In this document: piece after piece, positions 6,670-16,614 of the stretch
How positions within the stretch are numbered: the first letter of the stretch is position 1
Layout of the letters: the number at the start of each line of letters is the position of its first letter
Virus record (IMG/VR): IMGVR_UViG_3300034167_000773
Location: 1 to 62,694 of that record
Direction: 5' to 3' (one strand)
DNA length: 62,694 nt
Source: a virus
Taxonomy: Duplodnaviria; Caudoviricetes
Made by a program: the position numbers and the translations under genes
Notes under the pieces: generated by a model
Told to the model about the DNA's origin: nothing
What the model saw: only the letters and a program-made list of their open reading frames with translations
Databases searched by the model: none

Positions 6670-6990
6670 TTAAAATTTTATATTAAGCATCTTAAGAAGA
6701 ATCTTAAACTCTTCCTCATTATCTACTTCCCCTTCAAATACTAATCTTTCTTGTTTATAGATATATATCTTATCAAAGACATCTTTCTTTTTTGGATCAT
6801 ATAAACTCCTAAGAATAATTCCAGTAGGTATAGGATGTTTATCTACAAACTCATATGTTTTCCATTTCTCATAATAAGCTTCAAAATCATTTTCTCCAAT
6901 TGTAAAAACAAAAGTTGAATTACCAGTATCAGTTGAGGATGCTTCCTTAAAATTATTATCATTTATGATATCTATTATTTTTTTTCTCAT
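6670..6990 (-). CDS. Hypothetical protein
   Basis: ATG at 6990, downstream of TATATTTG (7006-7013, minus strand). Confidence 0.7.
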   Translation of the reverse strand: MRKKIIDIINDNNFKEASSTDTGNSTFVFTIGENDFEAYYEKWKTYEFVDKHPIPTGIILRSLYDPKKKDVFDKIYIYKQERLVFEGEVDNEEEFKILLKMLNIKF

Positions 6991-7187
6991 AAGTTTTATT
7001 TTTTGCAAATATATATAAAAAAACAAAAAGGTAGTAACTAAGTTACTACCCCTGATTGCATATGCTATACAATGCTTCTTGAATTCTAATCTTATTGAGT
7101 AAGAGATACTTACCTATAGGTAAATGAATACTTAAATTTATAATTAAGTTATTTAATTAATTATACGAGAAATAAATAACTTTCTAT

Positions 7188-7322
7188 TTATCTTCCTTGT
7201 CCAGCATAAGGTTTCTTATACTTCTTACTCCCCTTAGCTAAGCTATTTTTCTTAGAATGTCTACCAAGAGAACTCTTAGCTTTCTTCTTGAATAAGGTTT
7301 CTGTTACTTTGTTCTTTGCCAT
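7188..7322 (-). CDS. Small basic phage protein ending ...YKKPYAGQGR (44 aa)
   Basis: Not in the ORF track; MAKNKVTETLFKKKAKSSLGRHSKKNSLAKGSKKYKKPYAGQGR resembles the widespread phage KxYxGQGR peptides (from recall). Confidence 0.75.
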   Translation of the reverse strand: MAKNKVTETLFKKKAKSSLGRHSKKNSLAKGSKKYKKPYAGQGR

Positions 7323-7473
7323 AATTATCTAATAATTGTTTTATTCTTTCCATTGCTTGTTGAGTTCCCTCTTCACCCTTAATACTATCTAAGAAATCTT
7401 TATTCTTCTTAAGAAAAAGAGAGTATTCTTGTTTCTTTAACTTTTCTAATTTTCTTCTGTATTGCCTATTCAT
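7276..7473 (-). CDS. Hypothetical protein (MNRQYRRK N-terminus)
   Basis: 65-aa ORF, first gene of the leftward unit. Confidence 0.65.
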   Translation of the reverse strand: MNRQYRRKLEKLKKQEYSLFLKKNKDFLDSIKGEEGTQQAMERIKQLLDNYGKEQSNRNLIQEES

Positions 7474-7486
7474 AATATTTTATTCT

Positions 7487-7494
7487 TATATTTG
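7487..7494 (+). promoter_or_regulatory. Bacteroidota -7 promoter element TATATTTG for the rightward unit
   Basis: TAnnTTTG match with TTG at 7462-7464; ATG at 7516. Confidence 0.65.
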
Positions 7495-7515
7495 CAAGTA
7501 ATAATACGAATAAAA

Positions 7516-7914
7516 ATGAAAACTATAAAATTAAAATTGTTAGTATTTGAAGATTCTCTTAAAGATTCTAAAGGAAAGACTATAACACATGATATTGCAG
7601 ACATGTTAAGAGAGGTTGGAGAAGAAGTAATTGAGGGAGAAAATTTAGCTTACAAGGATATTGTCTTTGCTTTTAATACTCTACCTCCATTCATCCTTAT
7701 TGGCAATCAAGTATCCCCACTAACTGAGCATACCTTTACTATTATGCAAGGATTAACTGAGGATATTATGTTTAACTTCCTAGAAAGTCCTGATGAGATT
7801 ATGAAACTTATTAATGATGTTGAAGAGAAACACCTTAATGAAGAATTTACTAACTTCCAACTTAAGATACCTTTTAATAATGGAGAAACAAAGACTGATA
7901 GCAGTGAAGGGTGA
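7516..7914 (+). CDS. Hypothetical acidic protein
   Basis: Start placed at ATG 7516 (MKTIKLK), downstream of the promoter. Confidence 0.7.
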   Translation: MKTIKLKLLVFEDSLKDSKGKTITHDIADMLREVGEEVIEGENLAYKDIVFAFNTLPPFILIGNQVSPLTEHTFTIMQGLTEDIMFNFLESPDEIMKLINDVEEKHLNEEFTNFQLKIPFNNGETKTDSSEG

Positions 7915-8218
7915 TCCTTATCACAACTATATGAAGGTTATGGCTCTAAACTTTAATCTTACTGAGACAGAAATTAAAGTAGCTGCAGAGTTACTTAGAG
8001 AGTATGAAGCATTTCTTATACAAAGTACACCTGAGATAGCGTGGGAGTTGTTAAACTCCCCTAAGACTAACAAGAAGATTAAGGACAAACTCCTTCTTAA
8101 GGATGCTTCTTACAACAACATTAAAGCATCTCTTAAAAAGAAAAGTCTCTTAACTACTTCTGGCTTTAGAAATGGTATATATCTAGCAGATATTAAGTTT
8201 ATCTTTAGTGAGACTTAG
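7880..8218 (+). CDS. Putative HTH DNA-binding protein upstream of terminase
   Basis: LTETEIKVAAELL...YNNIKASLKKK pattern; position typical of crAss-like phages; start at ATG 7880. Confidence 0.55.
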   Translation: MEKQRLIAVKGDPYHNYMKVMALNFNLTETEIKVAAELLREYEAFLIQSTPEIAWELLNSPKTNKKIKDKLLLKDASYNNIKASLKKKSLLTTSGFRNGIYLADIKFIFSET

Positions 8219-8435
8219 TCTTATTATTAAAGAAGTAGCTGATAATCTTGGACTTCCGTACAAGGATGTTAATACTGTCATTAAATTTGCCTTCCTCTCT
8301 GTTGCTAAACAGATGAAAGAGAAGAGTCCTAAGATAACAGTAAGATATCTTGGTACTTTTATTAGAAAACTTACCAAAAGTGAGAGGTATAAGAATTACT
8401 TAAAAAGAAAAGATGAAATTAATAGAGATAAATAG
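8208..8435 (+). CDS. HU/IHF-like DNA-binding protein
   Basis: IIKEVADNLGLPYKDVNTVI...ITVRYLGTF resembles the HU helix pair plus xxFGTF strand. Confidence 0.7.
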   Translation: MRLSLIIKEVADNLGLPYKDVNTVIKFAFLSVAKQMKEKSPKITVRYLGTFIRKLTKSERYKNYLKRKDEINRDK

Positions 8436-8931
8436 TGCTACTGTAATTTTACATGAGGCTTGCCTCTTAGTTCCGGAGTTTAAAATAGTCTATCAGAAGT
8501 ATAAGAAAGATAATGGTATTCAAGCCTTTAAGTATATCTATCTATTTGCTGATTATAACTCTCCTTATAGAGCTTATGATGAGGAACAGAAGATTGTAGC
8601 ACTAGAAAAGGATCTAGAGATAGCCTTAACACCAGAACTTAAGAATGCTATTGAGAAATATAGAGAACTTAATTACACCTTTAACATGAGGTACCTACAA
8701 GATGCCCTTCATGCTGCCAATCAGACTAGAGCATACTTTAGAAATGTAGATTATGCCCTCTTAGACTCTAGAGGTAACCCTGTTTACAAGGTTAAAGAGG
8801 TAACAGATGCACTTAAGAATACCCTTCAGGTAATTACTACACTTGAGGGGCTTAAGGAAAAGGTAGAATCTGAGAATGTAGCACAAAATAAGGTAAGAGC
8901 AGGAGCAAAGATTAACAAATGGGAGCAGTAA
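8413..8931 (+). CDS. Putative terminase small subunit
   Basis: Helical 172-aa ORF overlapping the TerL start; assignment by position. Confidence 0.5.
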   Translation: MKLIEINSATVILHEACLLVPEFKIVYQKYKKDNGIQAFKYIYLFADYNSPYRAYDEEQKIVALEKDLEIALTPELKNAIEKYRELNYTFNMRYLQDALHAANQTRAYFRNVDYALLDSRGNPVYKVKEVTDALKNTLQVITTLEGLKEKVESENVAQNKVRAGAKINKWEQ

Positions 8932-10967
8932 GAAATAAAAATGGTATTTGGATTAATACTGAGCCTTTTAGAGAGGCCGGTAATAAGTTTATTACTACTG
9001 GTAGATATACTGATGCTCTTTTTGGGACCCTAGAGTTTGATAGATTTTGGGATCAAGAGTTTACTAGGTGTATAGAAGGGTATGAAGTATCAGGAGCTAA
9101 GATTACTGGTAAGCATTACTTCTATTTGAACTATTGTCTTATCAATAAGGTAAATTTAACTGATGATAACAGAGGTAAAAGAAAAGTATCTAAGGGATTT
9201 CTTCTTCCTGATTTTTGGGATGGGGACTTTGAGTACTTCTGGTTTCTAGAGATTGCAGAAAATGGTATAGACCCACTACTTATCCCAGGTTTGCACTTGA
9301 ATAACAAAGTGTTATGTACAGAAGGCGGTAAGAGTATGATAGTAGGTAAAGCAAGGAGAAGAGGTTTCTCTTATAAGAATGCTGCTACTATAGCTTGGGA
9401 ATATACCTTCATTAAAAAAAGCTTAACCCTAGTTGCTGCTTATGATAAGAAGTATCTATTCTCAGAAATTGGTATCTTTACTAAGGTTATGGATATGCTT
9501 AACCACTTGAATACCAATTGCCCAGCTTTTAAAAGAAGCAGGTTAGTTAATAAGATTGCTGATGGTAGAATTAAGAGTGGTTATATAGAATATACTGATG
9601 ATGGTACAGAATTAGCTAAAGGACATCAAAGTTCTATTACTTGTGTATCTTTTATGAATAACCCTGATGCTGCAAGGGGTGCTGATGCTAGTAAAATTAT
9701 TGTAGAAGAAGCAGGTACTTTTGTTAATTGGAATGAGAGTTACTATGCTATGGAACCTTCTATTAAAGCTGGTGATTATTATACTGGTATGATGATTATC
9801 TTTGGTACTGGTGGTGATATGGAAGCTGGTACTATTGACTTTGCTGAAATGTACTATAATCCAGACAATTATAACATGATGCCCTTTGAGAATGTATGGG
9901 ATGAGGATGGATTAAGAGAAAAATCTGCAGGTTTCTTCTTTCCTATGTTTCAAAACTATGAAGGGGCTTATGATAAGAGTGGTAACTCAGATATACCTAA
10001 GGCTAAAGAACTTCTTACCAAACTAAGGGAGAATAAGAAAGCTAAAGCTAAATCTCCTGATGAGTATTTAAGACATACTACTGAGTATGCTTGGTCACCA
10101 GCAGAAGCCTTTCAAATTATCTCTAATAATGTATTTCCTACAGAAGATTTAAGAAGGCAACTAGGATTATGTCAGACTAAAGATGAATATAAAGGTATTT
10201 GTGGTAAAATGGCTTATGATGAGAGAGGTAATCCAGAGTTTGTACCAGACTTAAATTTAAAACCACTTGAGTATAGAGATAAAACTTTAAATAAAAGTGG
10301 TTGTATACAGATTTGGGAAAAACCAACTCCAGGTACATCGTACAACTTATATACTGGAGGACTAGATCCATATGCTACTGATGAAGCTAATTACTCAGAC
10401 TCACTTGGCTCATTGTTTATCTTTAAAAGATATGCTATTGGTGAGGAAACTCATGATCTTCCAGTTGCTGAGTATACAGGTAGACCACAGAACTTTAAAG
10501 AATTCTATGACCAATGCATTCTCTTAATTGAGTACTATAACGCAAGCTGTTTATATGAAAATAACATCAACAATTTCAAAACTCACTGTGAGAATAAACA
10601 TAAATTACATTTATTATCCAGAACTCCAGGTATTGTCAAAGCTGCTTCTAACCAACACACAAACACCTATGGTATCAGAGTTGTCGGCAATTCATATTCA
10701 TCTGTCAAGAATGAACTTATCACTTATGTAAACAACTGGTTAAGAGAGGAGTATGAAGATGGTAAGAGTAATGTTTATAAGATTAAGTCTGTAGGACTAT
10801 TACAAGAACTTATAACTTACAATAGTAGAGGTAACTTTGATAGATTTATATCCTTCTCTCTAGCACTTATTAGAAGTATAGAGTTAACTAGAATACAACC
10901 TGCTTTTAAAGACTCGTATAAGAGGAATGGCAGAGATTTCTTTTCTTCCAAATTATTTAGTAACTAA
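8919..10967 (+). CDS. terL: Terminase large subunit
   Basis: Walker A-like KARRRGFSY, Walker B IIVEEAG, coupling motif FGTGG, nuclease GLDPY and GNFDR, all typical of crAss-like TerL. Confidence 0.95.
   Translation: MGAVRNKNGIWINTEPFREAGNKFITTGRYTDALFGTLEFDRFWDQEFTRCIEGYEVSGAKITGKHYFYLNYCLINKVNLTDDNRGKRKVSKGFLLPDFWDGDFEYFWFLEIAENGIDPLLIPGLHLNNKVLCTEGGKSMIVGKARRRGFSYKNAATIAWEYTFIKKSLTLVAAYDKKYLFSEIGIFTKVMDMLNHLNTNCPAFKRSRLVNKIADGRIKSGYIEYTDDGTELAKGHQSSITCVSFMNNPDAARGADASKIIVEEAGTFVNWNESYYAMEPSIKAGDYYTGMMIIFGTGGDMEAGTIDFAEMYYNPDNYNMMPFENVWDEDGLREKSAGFFFPMFQNYEGAYDKSGNSDIPKAKELLTKLRENKKAKAKSPDEYLRHTTEYAWSPAEAFQIISNNVFPTEDLRRQLGLCQTKDEYKGICGKMAYDERGNPEFVPDLNLKPLEYRDKTLNKSGCIQIWEKPTPGTSYNLYTGGLDPYATDEANYSDSLGSLFIFKRYAIGEETHDLPVAEYTGRPQNFKEFYDQCILLIEYYNASCLYENNINNFKTHCENKHKLHLLSRTPGIVKAASNQHTNTYGIRVVGNSYSSVKNELITYVNNWLREEYEDGKSNVYKIKSVGLLQELITYNSRGNFDRFISFSLALIRSIELTRIQPAFKDSYKRNGRDFFSSKLFSN
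10915..10921 (+). promoter_or_regulatory. CGTATAA putative late promoter (portal)
   Basis: One of 12 exact copies; 45 nt before the portal ATG. Confidence 0.6.
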
Positions 10968-13363
10968 TGATTCCACCTCTTCCCGAACAACGAGTTCCAC
11001 AAAAAACTAAGGAGACCTTAGATTGGCAAAAAAAATGCATTATTGCCTTAGTAGGTAGAGCATACTCTAATCTCTCAGGAAGCAGATCTTCTAGAGAAGC
11101 TAAACAAATTAACTATGACCTTTTTAACTCAATTGTTAATATTGAAGATTTTTCTTATGTTACTAAGCCTTATGGTGTTGATATTCACGATAGCATTGGT
11201 AATCTTCCTGCTAATTTTCAAGACTATAATATTGTTCGCAGTTCAGTTTTGCAATTGGTTGGTGAAGAACTTAAGAGACCATTCTCTTATAAAGTAGTAT
11301 CTACTGCAGGAGATGGTTTTAATCAATATCTTCAGGAAAAAAAAGAAGCTTTAGAGTATTCCTATATGGCAATGCTTAAGAATGCTCTTGGTGAAAAAAC
11401 TGAAGCAGAAACACCTAAAGAAGTAGAAGAATACTTTACTAACTCATACACTAACAATGTAGAGATTACTGCTAACAAACTCTTAAATCATCTTGAGAAA
11501 TCCTTAAAGCTTAAGAATCACTTTATTAGAGGTTTTCAAAATGCACTTACTTGTGCAGAGGAAGTATATTATGCAGGTATCTTTAACAATGAACCAGTTT
11601 TAATTCCTTGGAATCCAATACACTTTGAGTGTGATAAGAACCAAGATTCACTCTTTATTGAGGATTGTGATTGGGCAGTAGGTAGAATGTGGTTAGATAG
11701 AGGACAAATACTAGATTGGTTTGGAGACAGACTAACAGATAAAGATAAAGAAAACTTAAGAAGCGCAGAGATATTTAATGCAACAGCATCCTATGGACAA
11801 TCCCCAGAAGTCATTACAACAACATACCCACATTACAACTACACAGGTACCAAAATTCTCATGCAACTTACCACATGGAAAAGTGAGAAGAAGATTGGGA
11901 CTGCAACTTATCTTGACCAAAATGGTCAGGAACAAAAGAAAGTTGTTGATGAAAGTTTTAAGATTCCTGAAGAACTTAAAGGGGAAATCAAAGTTGAATG
12001 GAACTGGATACCTAGGACATGGATTGGAGTACAAGTTGGACCAACAATCTTCTTTGCATATGAGAGTCCCTATCAATTCAACACAGTGGATAACCCATAC
12101 AAGTGTAAACTTCCATTTATTGGTAGAATCTTCAACAACATCAACAGTAAGCCGACCTCACTTGTTGATCTCATTAAACCCTATCAGTACCTCTACAACA
12201 TCATCTGGTACAGACTAGAGTTAGAGTTTGCTAAGGCAAAGGGTAAGAAGTTTGTAATGGATATTGCTCAAATACCCAAATCTAAAGGATGGAGTGTAGA
12301 GCAATGGATGTATTACTTTGATACTCTGGGTATTGCATTTGTAAACTCAGCAGAAGAAGGTAGAGAAGGAGATCCAAGTTCTGTATCTAAGTTTAATCAG
12401 TTTACTGGTATTGATATGAGCTTGAGTAGTTCTATACAAGGATATTTCTCAATGCTTTCTAAACTTGAGGAGGCAGTAGAAAATATTACTGGTATCTCAA
12501 GACAAAGAAAAGGACAGATTAATAGTTCTGAGACTGTAGGAGGTGTAGAAAGATCTGTAGTGCAAAGCAACGCTCTCACTGAAATATATTTTCATGAACA
12601 TTCAATGGTTAAAGAGAAGGTCTTAGAACATCTTTTAGAAATAGCTAAGATTGCCTACTCAACTAATGAACAAGGTAAACTTGTATTTGATGAGTTTAGT
12701 AGAAATGTATTAAATACTAAATCCCTGCTTAATACAGACTTTGGTTTATATGTATCTGATAGTATTAAAGATAATGCAATCTTTGAACAACTTAAAGGAC
12801 TTGCTAAAGAAGGTATTTCTTCTGGAACTTTACAATTCTCTAACTTTGTTACTCTCTTAAAGAGCAACTCTATTGCTGAAGTAGAATCCTCTATTAAAGC
12901 TTCTGAGGAAAGAAAGATGAAGATGCAAGAACAACAATCTGCTACTCAACAACAACAGATTCAAAGTAATGAAAAAATTGCTAGAGAGAAAATGGATAGG
13001 GATGAAAATCAAAAACAACTTGATAGAGAAGCAAGACTTAGAGAAGCTGAGATTAGAGCTTTGGGTTCTATTGGAATGAGTAATCCTGATGTTAATCAAA
13101 ATATGATTCCAGATGTAATGGAACAAGCTAAACTTTCTTTACAGCAATCTAAACAACAGTTTGATCAAGTTGAGAAAAAACAAAAAATGGAAATTGAGAA
13201 AACTAAAATGCAAGTTCAACAAGAAATGCAATCTAGAGAAAATGCTCAACAAGATAGAGTTCATGCTGATAATATGAGGCTTGAACAGCAGAAACTTGTT
13301 CTTAAGAAAGAAGAGATTGCAGTTAAGAAAAAAGCTCTTAAGTATAAACCTAAAAGCAAATAG
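10967..13363 (+). CDS. Portal protein
   Basis: 798 aa directly after TerL; SLVDLIKPYQYLYNI, GISRQRKGQI..SETVGGVERSVVQS and coiled-coil C-terminus as in crAss-like portals. Confidence 0.9.
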   Translation: MIPPLPEQRVPQKTKETLDWQKKCIIALVGRAYSNLSGSRSSREAKQINYDLFNSIVNIEDFSYVTKPYGVDIHDSIGNLPANFQDYNIVRSSVLQLVGEELKRPFSYKVVSTAGDGFNQYLQEKKEALEYSYMAMLKNALGEKTEAETPKEVEEYFTNSYTNNVEITANKLLNHLEKSLKLKNHFIRGFQNALTCAEEVYYAGIFNNEPVLIPWNPIHFECDKNQDSLFIEDCDWAVGRMWLDRGQILDWFGDRLTDKDKENLRSAEIFNATASYGQSPEVITTTYPHYNYTGTKILMQLTTWKSEKKIGTATYLDQNGQEQKKVVDESFKIPEELKGEIKVEWNWIPRTWIGVQVGPTIFFAYESPYQFNTVDNPYKCKLPFIGRIFNNINSKPTSLVDLIKPYQYLYNIIWYRLELEFAKAKGKKFVMDIAQIPKSKGWSVEQWMYYFDTLGIAFVNSAEEGREGDPSSVSKFNQFTGIDMSLSSSIQGYFSMLSKLEEAVENITGISRQRKGQINSSETVGGVERSVVQSNALTEIYFHEHSMVKEKVLEHLLEIAKIAYSTNEQGKLVFDEFSRNVLNTKSLLNTDFGLYVSDSIKDNAIFEQLKGLAKEGISSGTLQFSNFVTLLKSNSIAEVESSIKASEERKMKMQEQQSATQQQQIQSNEKIAREKMDRDENQKQLDREARLREAEIRALGSIGMSNPDVNQNMIPDVMEQAKLSLQQSKQQFDQVEKKQKMEIEKTKMQVQQEMQSRENAQQDRVHADNMRLEQQKLVLKKEEIAVKKKALKYKPKSK

Positions 13364-13370
13364 CGTATAA
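13364..13370 (+). promoter_or_regulatory. CGTATAA putative late promoter
   Basis: Immediately after the portal stop, 19 nt before ATG 13390. Confidence 0.65.
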
Positions 13371-13389
13371 AATAAAGAATAAAAATATT

Positions 13390-13662
13390 ATGGCAAAATC
13401 AGTTAATACCCCTAAAGAAGAAACTCTAGTTGTAACACAAGTAGAAGAAACACTTACTCCTGCTCCTGTAGTAGAAGAAGTAGTTACAGCTGTAGTAGAA
13501 GTTAAACCTGCACCCTCTTTTAATAAAGAAGAAATTGTAACTAAACTTGGAGAACTTGCTTTTATCTTTAGAACTATGTATGGAGAACAATTAAATCCTG
13601 TATTTGCAGAGATTCATAAGTCCCTCTCTAATGCACAATATAAGATTATGCAAAACCTTTAA
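13390..13662 (+). CDS. Small hypothetical protein with E/V/P-rich N-terminus
   Basis: 90-aa ORF. Confidence 0.7.
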   Translation: MAKSVNTPKEETLVVTQVEETLTPAPVVEEVVTAVVEVKPAPSFNKEEIVTKLGELAFIFRTMYGEQLNPVFAEIHKSLSNAQYKIMQNL

Positions 13663-13669
13663 TAAAAAA

Positions 13670-15535
13670 ATGAAAAAAGGCATTAAGAAATATTATCCTG
13701 GAGTTAGTGGTCTTACTAATTTTCAATCTGGACCAGGAACAGGAACTGTATTAGCACCACCAATAGATCCAAATGGTTTTTCAACTGGAAAAATGCTTTT
13801 TCCAAAACAAGAAACTTTAGGAAAAATTGTTGATAATAAAGTAATGTCCCAAGATTATCTTGATAAAGCTAAACCTTCTTTTAGTGATAAAGCAGGAGCT
13901 GCTATGGGAAATTATGGAGGAGCTATTACTCAAGCTGCTGGTACATTAATGCCATTGCTTATGAAAAAACCAGATCCTAACGCAAAACCTTATAAAACAG
14001 GAACTAATATGATTAAATATCAAGGTAATAAACTAAATACTAAAACTAGTAAATCTAAGTTTATTAAATATCAAGAAGGTAATGAATATCTTCAATCAGG
14101 AAAAGGCATGAGTAATGTTTTAAATGCTATGGAAGAAAATAATAATAATCTTTCTAATGCATCTATTAAACCTGAAAAATTTGATATGGCATCATTAAAT
14201 GATTACATGCCAGATATTCCACAAAGACAATCACCTCAACCTATAGAAGTTGGTCCTTCTAAAAAAGAAATAGCTAGATTGATGAGGGAATATAATAAAA
14301 AAGAATTTGAAGCAGGTAAATTTGGATATATGGATAAATCTGATCCTAGATATAAACAACTTGCTACTAGAAATGAAGCTAATGCAGCTAGAGGAGAATA
14401 TGAAAAGTTATATTCTCAAAATGAAAATGATTATAAAAAATTAAAAAATAATTATAAAGAATTAGAACCTTTATCTACTAAAACACCTCTTCTTAATCTT
14501 AAATTAGCTCAATCTGCTGAGCTTCCTTCTAATCTAAATAAAATTCCTGTTAAAGAACAATCTAGAAAAGAAAGAAAAGCAGAAAATAAAAAGCTTGAGG
14601 GTATGGCTAAAGCTCCTATTACTTATAATGAGAACAGCTTTGTAGGACCTCCACAATTTGTAGGACCATCTGATCAAGAGTTACAATTAGGTAGAACTAG
14701 AGAAGATGCACAAGCTGCTAGAAATCTTTATGAAGCTAAACAAAAAGGTACTCCTATGACAGATGCCTTGATTAAAAAATCTATGAGCAGTCAAGCTTTT
14801 AAAGATGTAACTTCTAAAAAATCTTTACAACAAAAATATAATGAAAATAAAGGAGGTTATGCTAATGCTCTTAAAAGTGGTAAAGTAAATGCAAAAGGCT
14901 TCTTAGTTGATCCTAATACAGGACTTGAGTATGAAGATTTAAGAAAAAAATCTTCAGGAAAACAAGCACAATCTACAACTACTGCTAAAAAAGAAAGTAA
15001 ACCTACTGCTAAAGGTAATACTCCAAAAGGACCATTTTTTAAAGATGGTGTAGCTATTAATAAGTTTAAAGATCCTGCTACTGGTAGAAGCTATTATACT
15101 AATAATAGAATATTTGATGAAAAAACTGGTAGAATGGGTAAATATAATTATGATGAAAAAATTAATAAAGTAATAACTCAATGGGATAAAACTGATCCTA
15201 ATAGTAACTCAAACAGAAGAGTTTATCCAGGAGAAAGTCCTTTAGTTAAATATAAAAATTTAAATAATACAAAAAATAATACTCAAGAAAATAAAACTGC
15301 TAGGCATACTACAGATGATGCTGGTAAAAAGATGGTTAATCCATATAAAAGTACAGTAGAAAGTAAAATTCAACAAGAAAGAGCAAATTATAAAAAAAGC
15401 CAAGAACAAGAACAAGCTAATTTAAGACAGCAAGGAGTTAATGCTATGGAAAAACTTAAAAAAGAAAATCCACAAGCATATGATTTTCAAATGAGACTTA
15501 ATGCAAAAAGAGAAGCTTTAAAAGCTAAAAAATAA
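13670..15535 (+). CDS. Basic low-complexity cargo-like protein
   Basis: Start at ATG 13670 (MKKGIKKYYPG); carries KYxxG motifs shared with the 26842-35255 cluster. Confidence 0.65.
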   Translation: MKKGIKKYYPGVSGLTNFQSGPGTGTVLAPPIDPNGFSTGKMLFPKQETLGKIVDNKVMSQDYLDKAKPSFSDKAGAAMGNYGGAITQAAGTLMPLLMKKPDPNAKPYKTGTNMIKYQGNKLNTKTSKSKFIKYQEGNEYLQSGKGMSNVLNAMEENNNNLSNASIKPEKFDMASLNDYMPDIPQRQSPQPIEVGPSKKEIARLMREYNKKEFEAGKFGYMDKSDPRYKQLATRNEANAARGEYEKLYSQNENDYKKLKNNYKELEPLSTKTPLLNLKLAQSAELPSNLNKIPVKEQSRKERKAENKKLEGMAKAPITYNENSFVGPPQFVGPSDQELQLGRTREDAQAARNLYEAKQKGTPMTDALIKKSMSSQAFKDVTSKKSLQQKYNENKGGYANALKSGKVNAKGFLVDPNTGLEYEDLRKKSSGKQAQSTTTAKKESKPTAKGNTPKGPFFKDGVAINKFKDPATGRSYYTNNRIFDEKTGRMGKYNYDEKINKVITQWDKTDPNSNSNRRVYPGESPLVKYKNLNNTKNNTQENKTARHTTDDAGKKMVNPYKSTVESKIQQERANYKKSQEQEQANLRQQGVNAMEKLKKENPQAYDFQMRLNAKREALKAKK

Positions 15536-15572
15536 AAATCTAATAAAAAATATTAGATAACATAATAACTTT

Positions 15573-15579
15573 CGTATAA
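15573..15579 (+). promoter_or_regulatory. CGTATAA putative late promoter (scaffold-capsid)
   Basis: Intergenic, 19 nt before ATG 15599. Confidence 0.65.
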
Positions 15580-15598
15580 AAATTAAAATTAGAACAAC

Positions 15599-16576
15599 AT
15601 GTTTGGAGACTTTGTAGAAGAAGAATTAGAAAAAGAAAAACCTATGCCTGGAGAGACAGGTGTAGAGGAGGAAGAAACCTCAGAAGAAGACTCTTATGAT
15701 GAAGAAGAGTCTTATGAAGAGGAAGAAGGTGAAGAGATTAGTGATGAGGATAAAACTCCTTACCAGATTCTTATGGAAGATCTAGTAGAAAAAGGAGTTT
15801 TGTTTGCAGATGATGAGAAGGAATATGATGCCAATGAAGATGGTATTGAAGAACTTCTTGATGATACTGTAAATGCAAGACTTAGTTCTATGTTTCAAGA
15901 GAATGAAGAACTTGCAATGCTATATGATGTAGTACAGAATGGAGGTTCAATCCAAGATGTAATGGAAATCTATGGTGAAGTAAATTACAGTGAGTTGGAC
16001 ATGTCTGATGAAGGGACTCAAGAGCAAGTAGTAATTGATTACTATACTGCTAAGGGTATTTCAGAAGATAGGATCTCTCGTCTTATTGAAAGCTCTAAAG
16101 ATGATGGATCTTTTGGTAATGAGGTACAAGAAGCATACTCTGCTCTTGTAAACTCTCAAAGAGCTCAAATGCAAGAATATCTAAGTTCTCTTGAAGAACA
16201 AAAAGTTGAACAAGAAGAATATGCAAGAGAGCAAATGGTAACTCTTAGACAAACTGTAAACAGTATTGAAGAAATTCAAGGGTTTAAGTTAGATAAGAGA
16301 ACTAGAGATGATTTCTTCAGTTATATGACACAGCCAACTAAAAATGGTATGACTAGACTGCAAGAAGATGCTCAAGATTATGAGAAACAGCTAGTAATGG
16401 CTTTTATGTATTATACAAACTTCAACTCTGAAGATATGCAAAGAAGAGCTACTACTAATGTTTCTGACAAACTCTCTAAAGCTTTGAAGAGCCAAAAGGA
16501 TAGTAATATTCGTTCAGGTTCTTCAGGTAGTAAGAGAAATAGTAATATTGATGACTTTGATGATATTATCATTTAA
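15599..16576 (+). CDS. Putative capsid scaffolding protein
   Basis: Very acidic N-terminus, helical, immediately upstream of the capsid gene. Confidence 0.75.
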   Translation: MFGDFVEEELEKEKPMPGETGVEEEETSEEDSYDEEESYEEEEGEEISDEDKTPYQILMEDLVEKGVLFADDEKEYDANEDGIEELLDDTVNARLSSMFQENEELAMLYDVVQNGGSIQDVMEIYGEVNYSELDMSDEGTQEQVVIDYYTAKGISEDRISRLIESSKDDGSFGNEVQEAYSALVNSQRAQMQEYLSSLEEQKVEQEEYAREQMVTLRQTVNSIEEIQGFKLDKRTRDDFFSYMTQPTKNGMTRLQEDAQDYEKQLVMAFMYYTNFNSEDMQRRATTNVSDKLSKALKSQKDSNIRSGSSGSKRNSNIDDFDDIII

Positions 16577-16614
16577 ATAAATAAAAAAACAAACTTAAAA
16601 ACAAATAAAATAAA

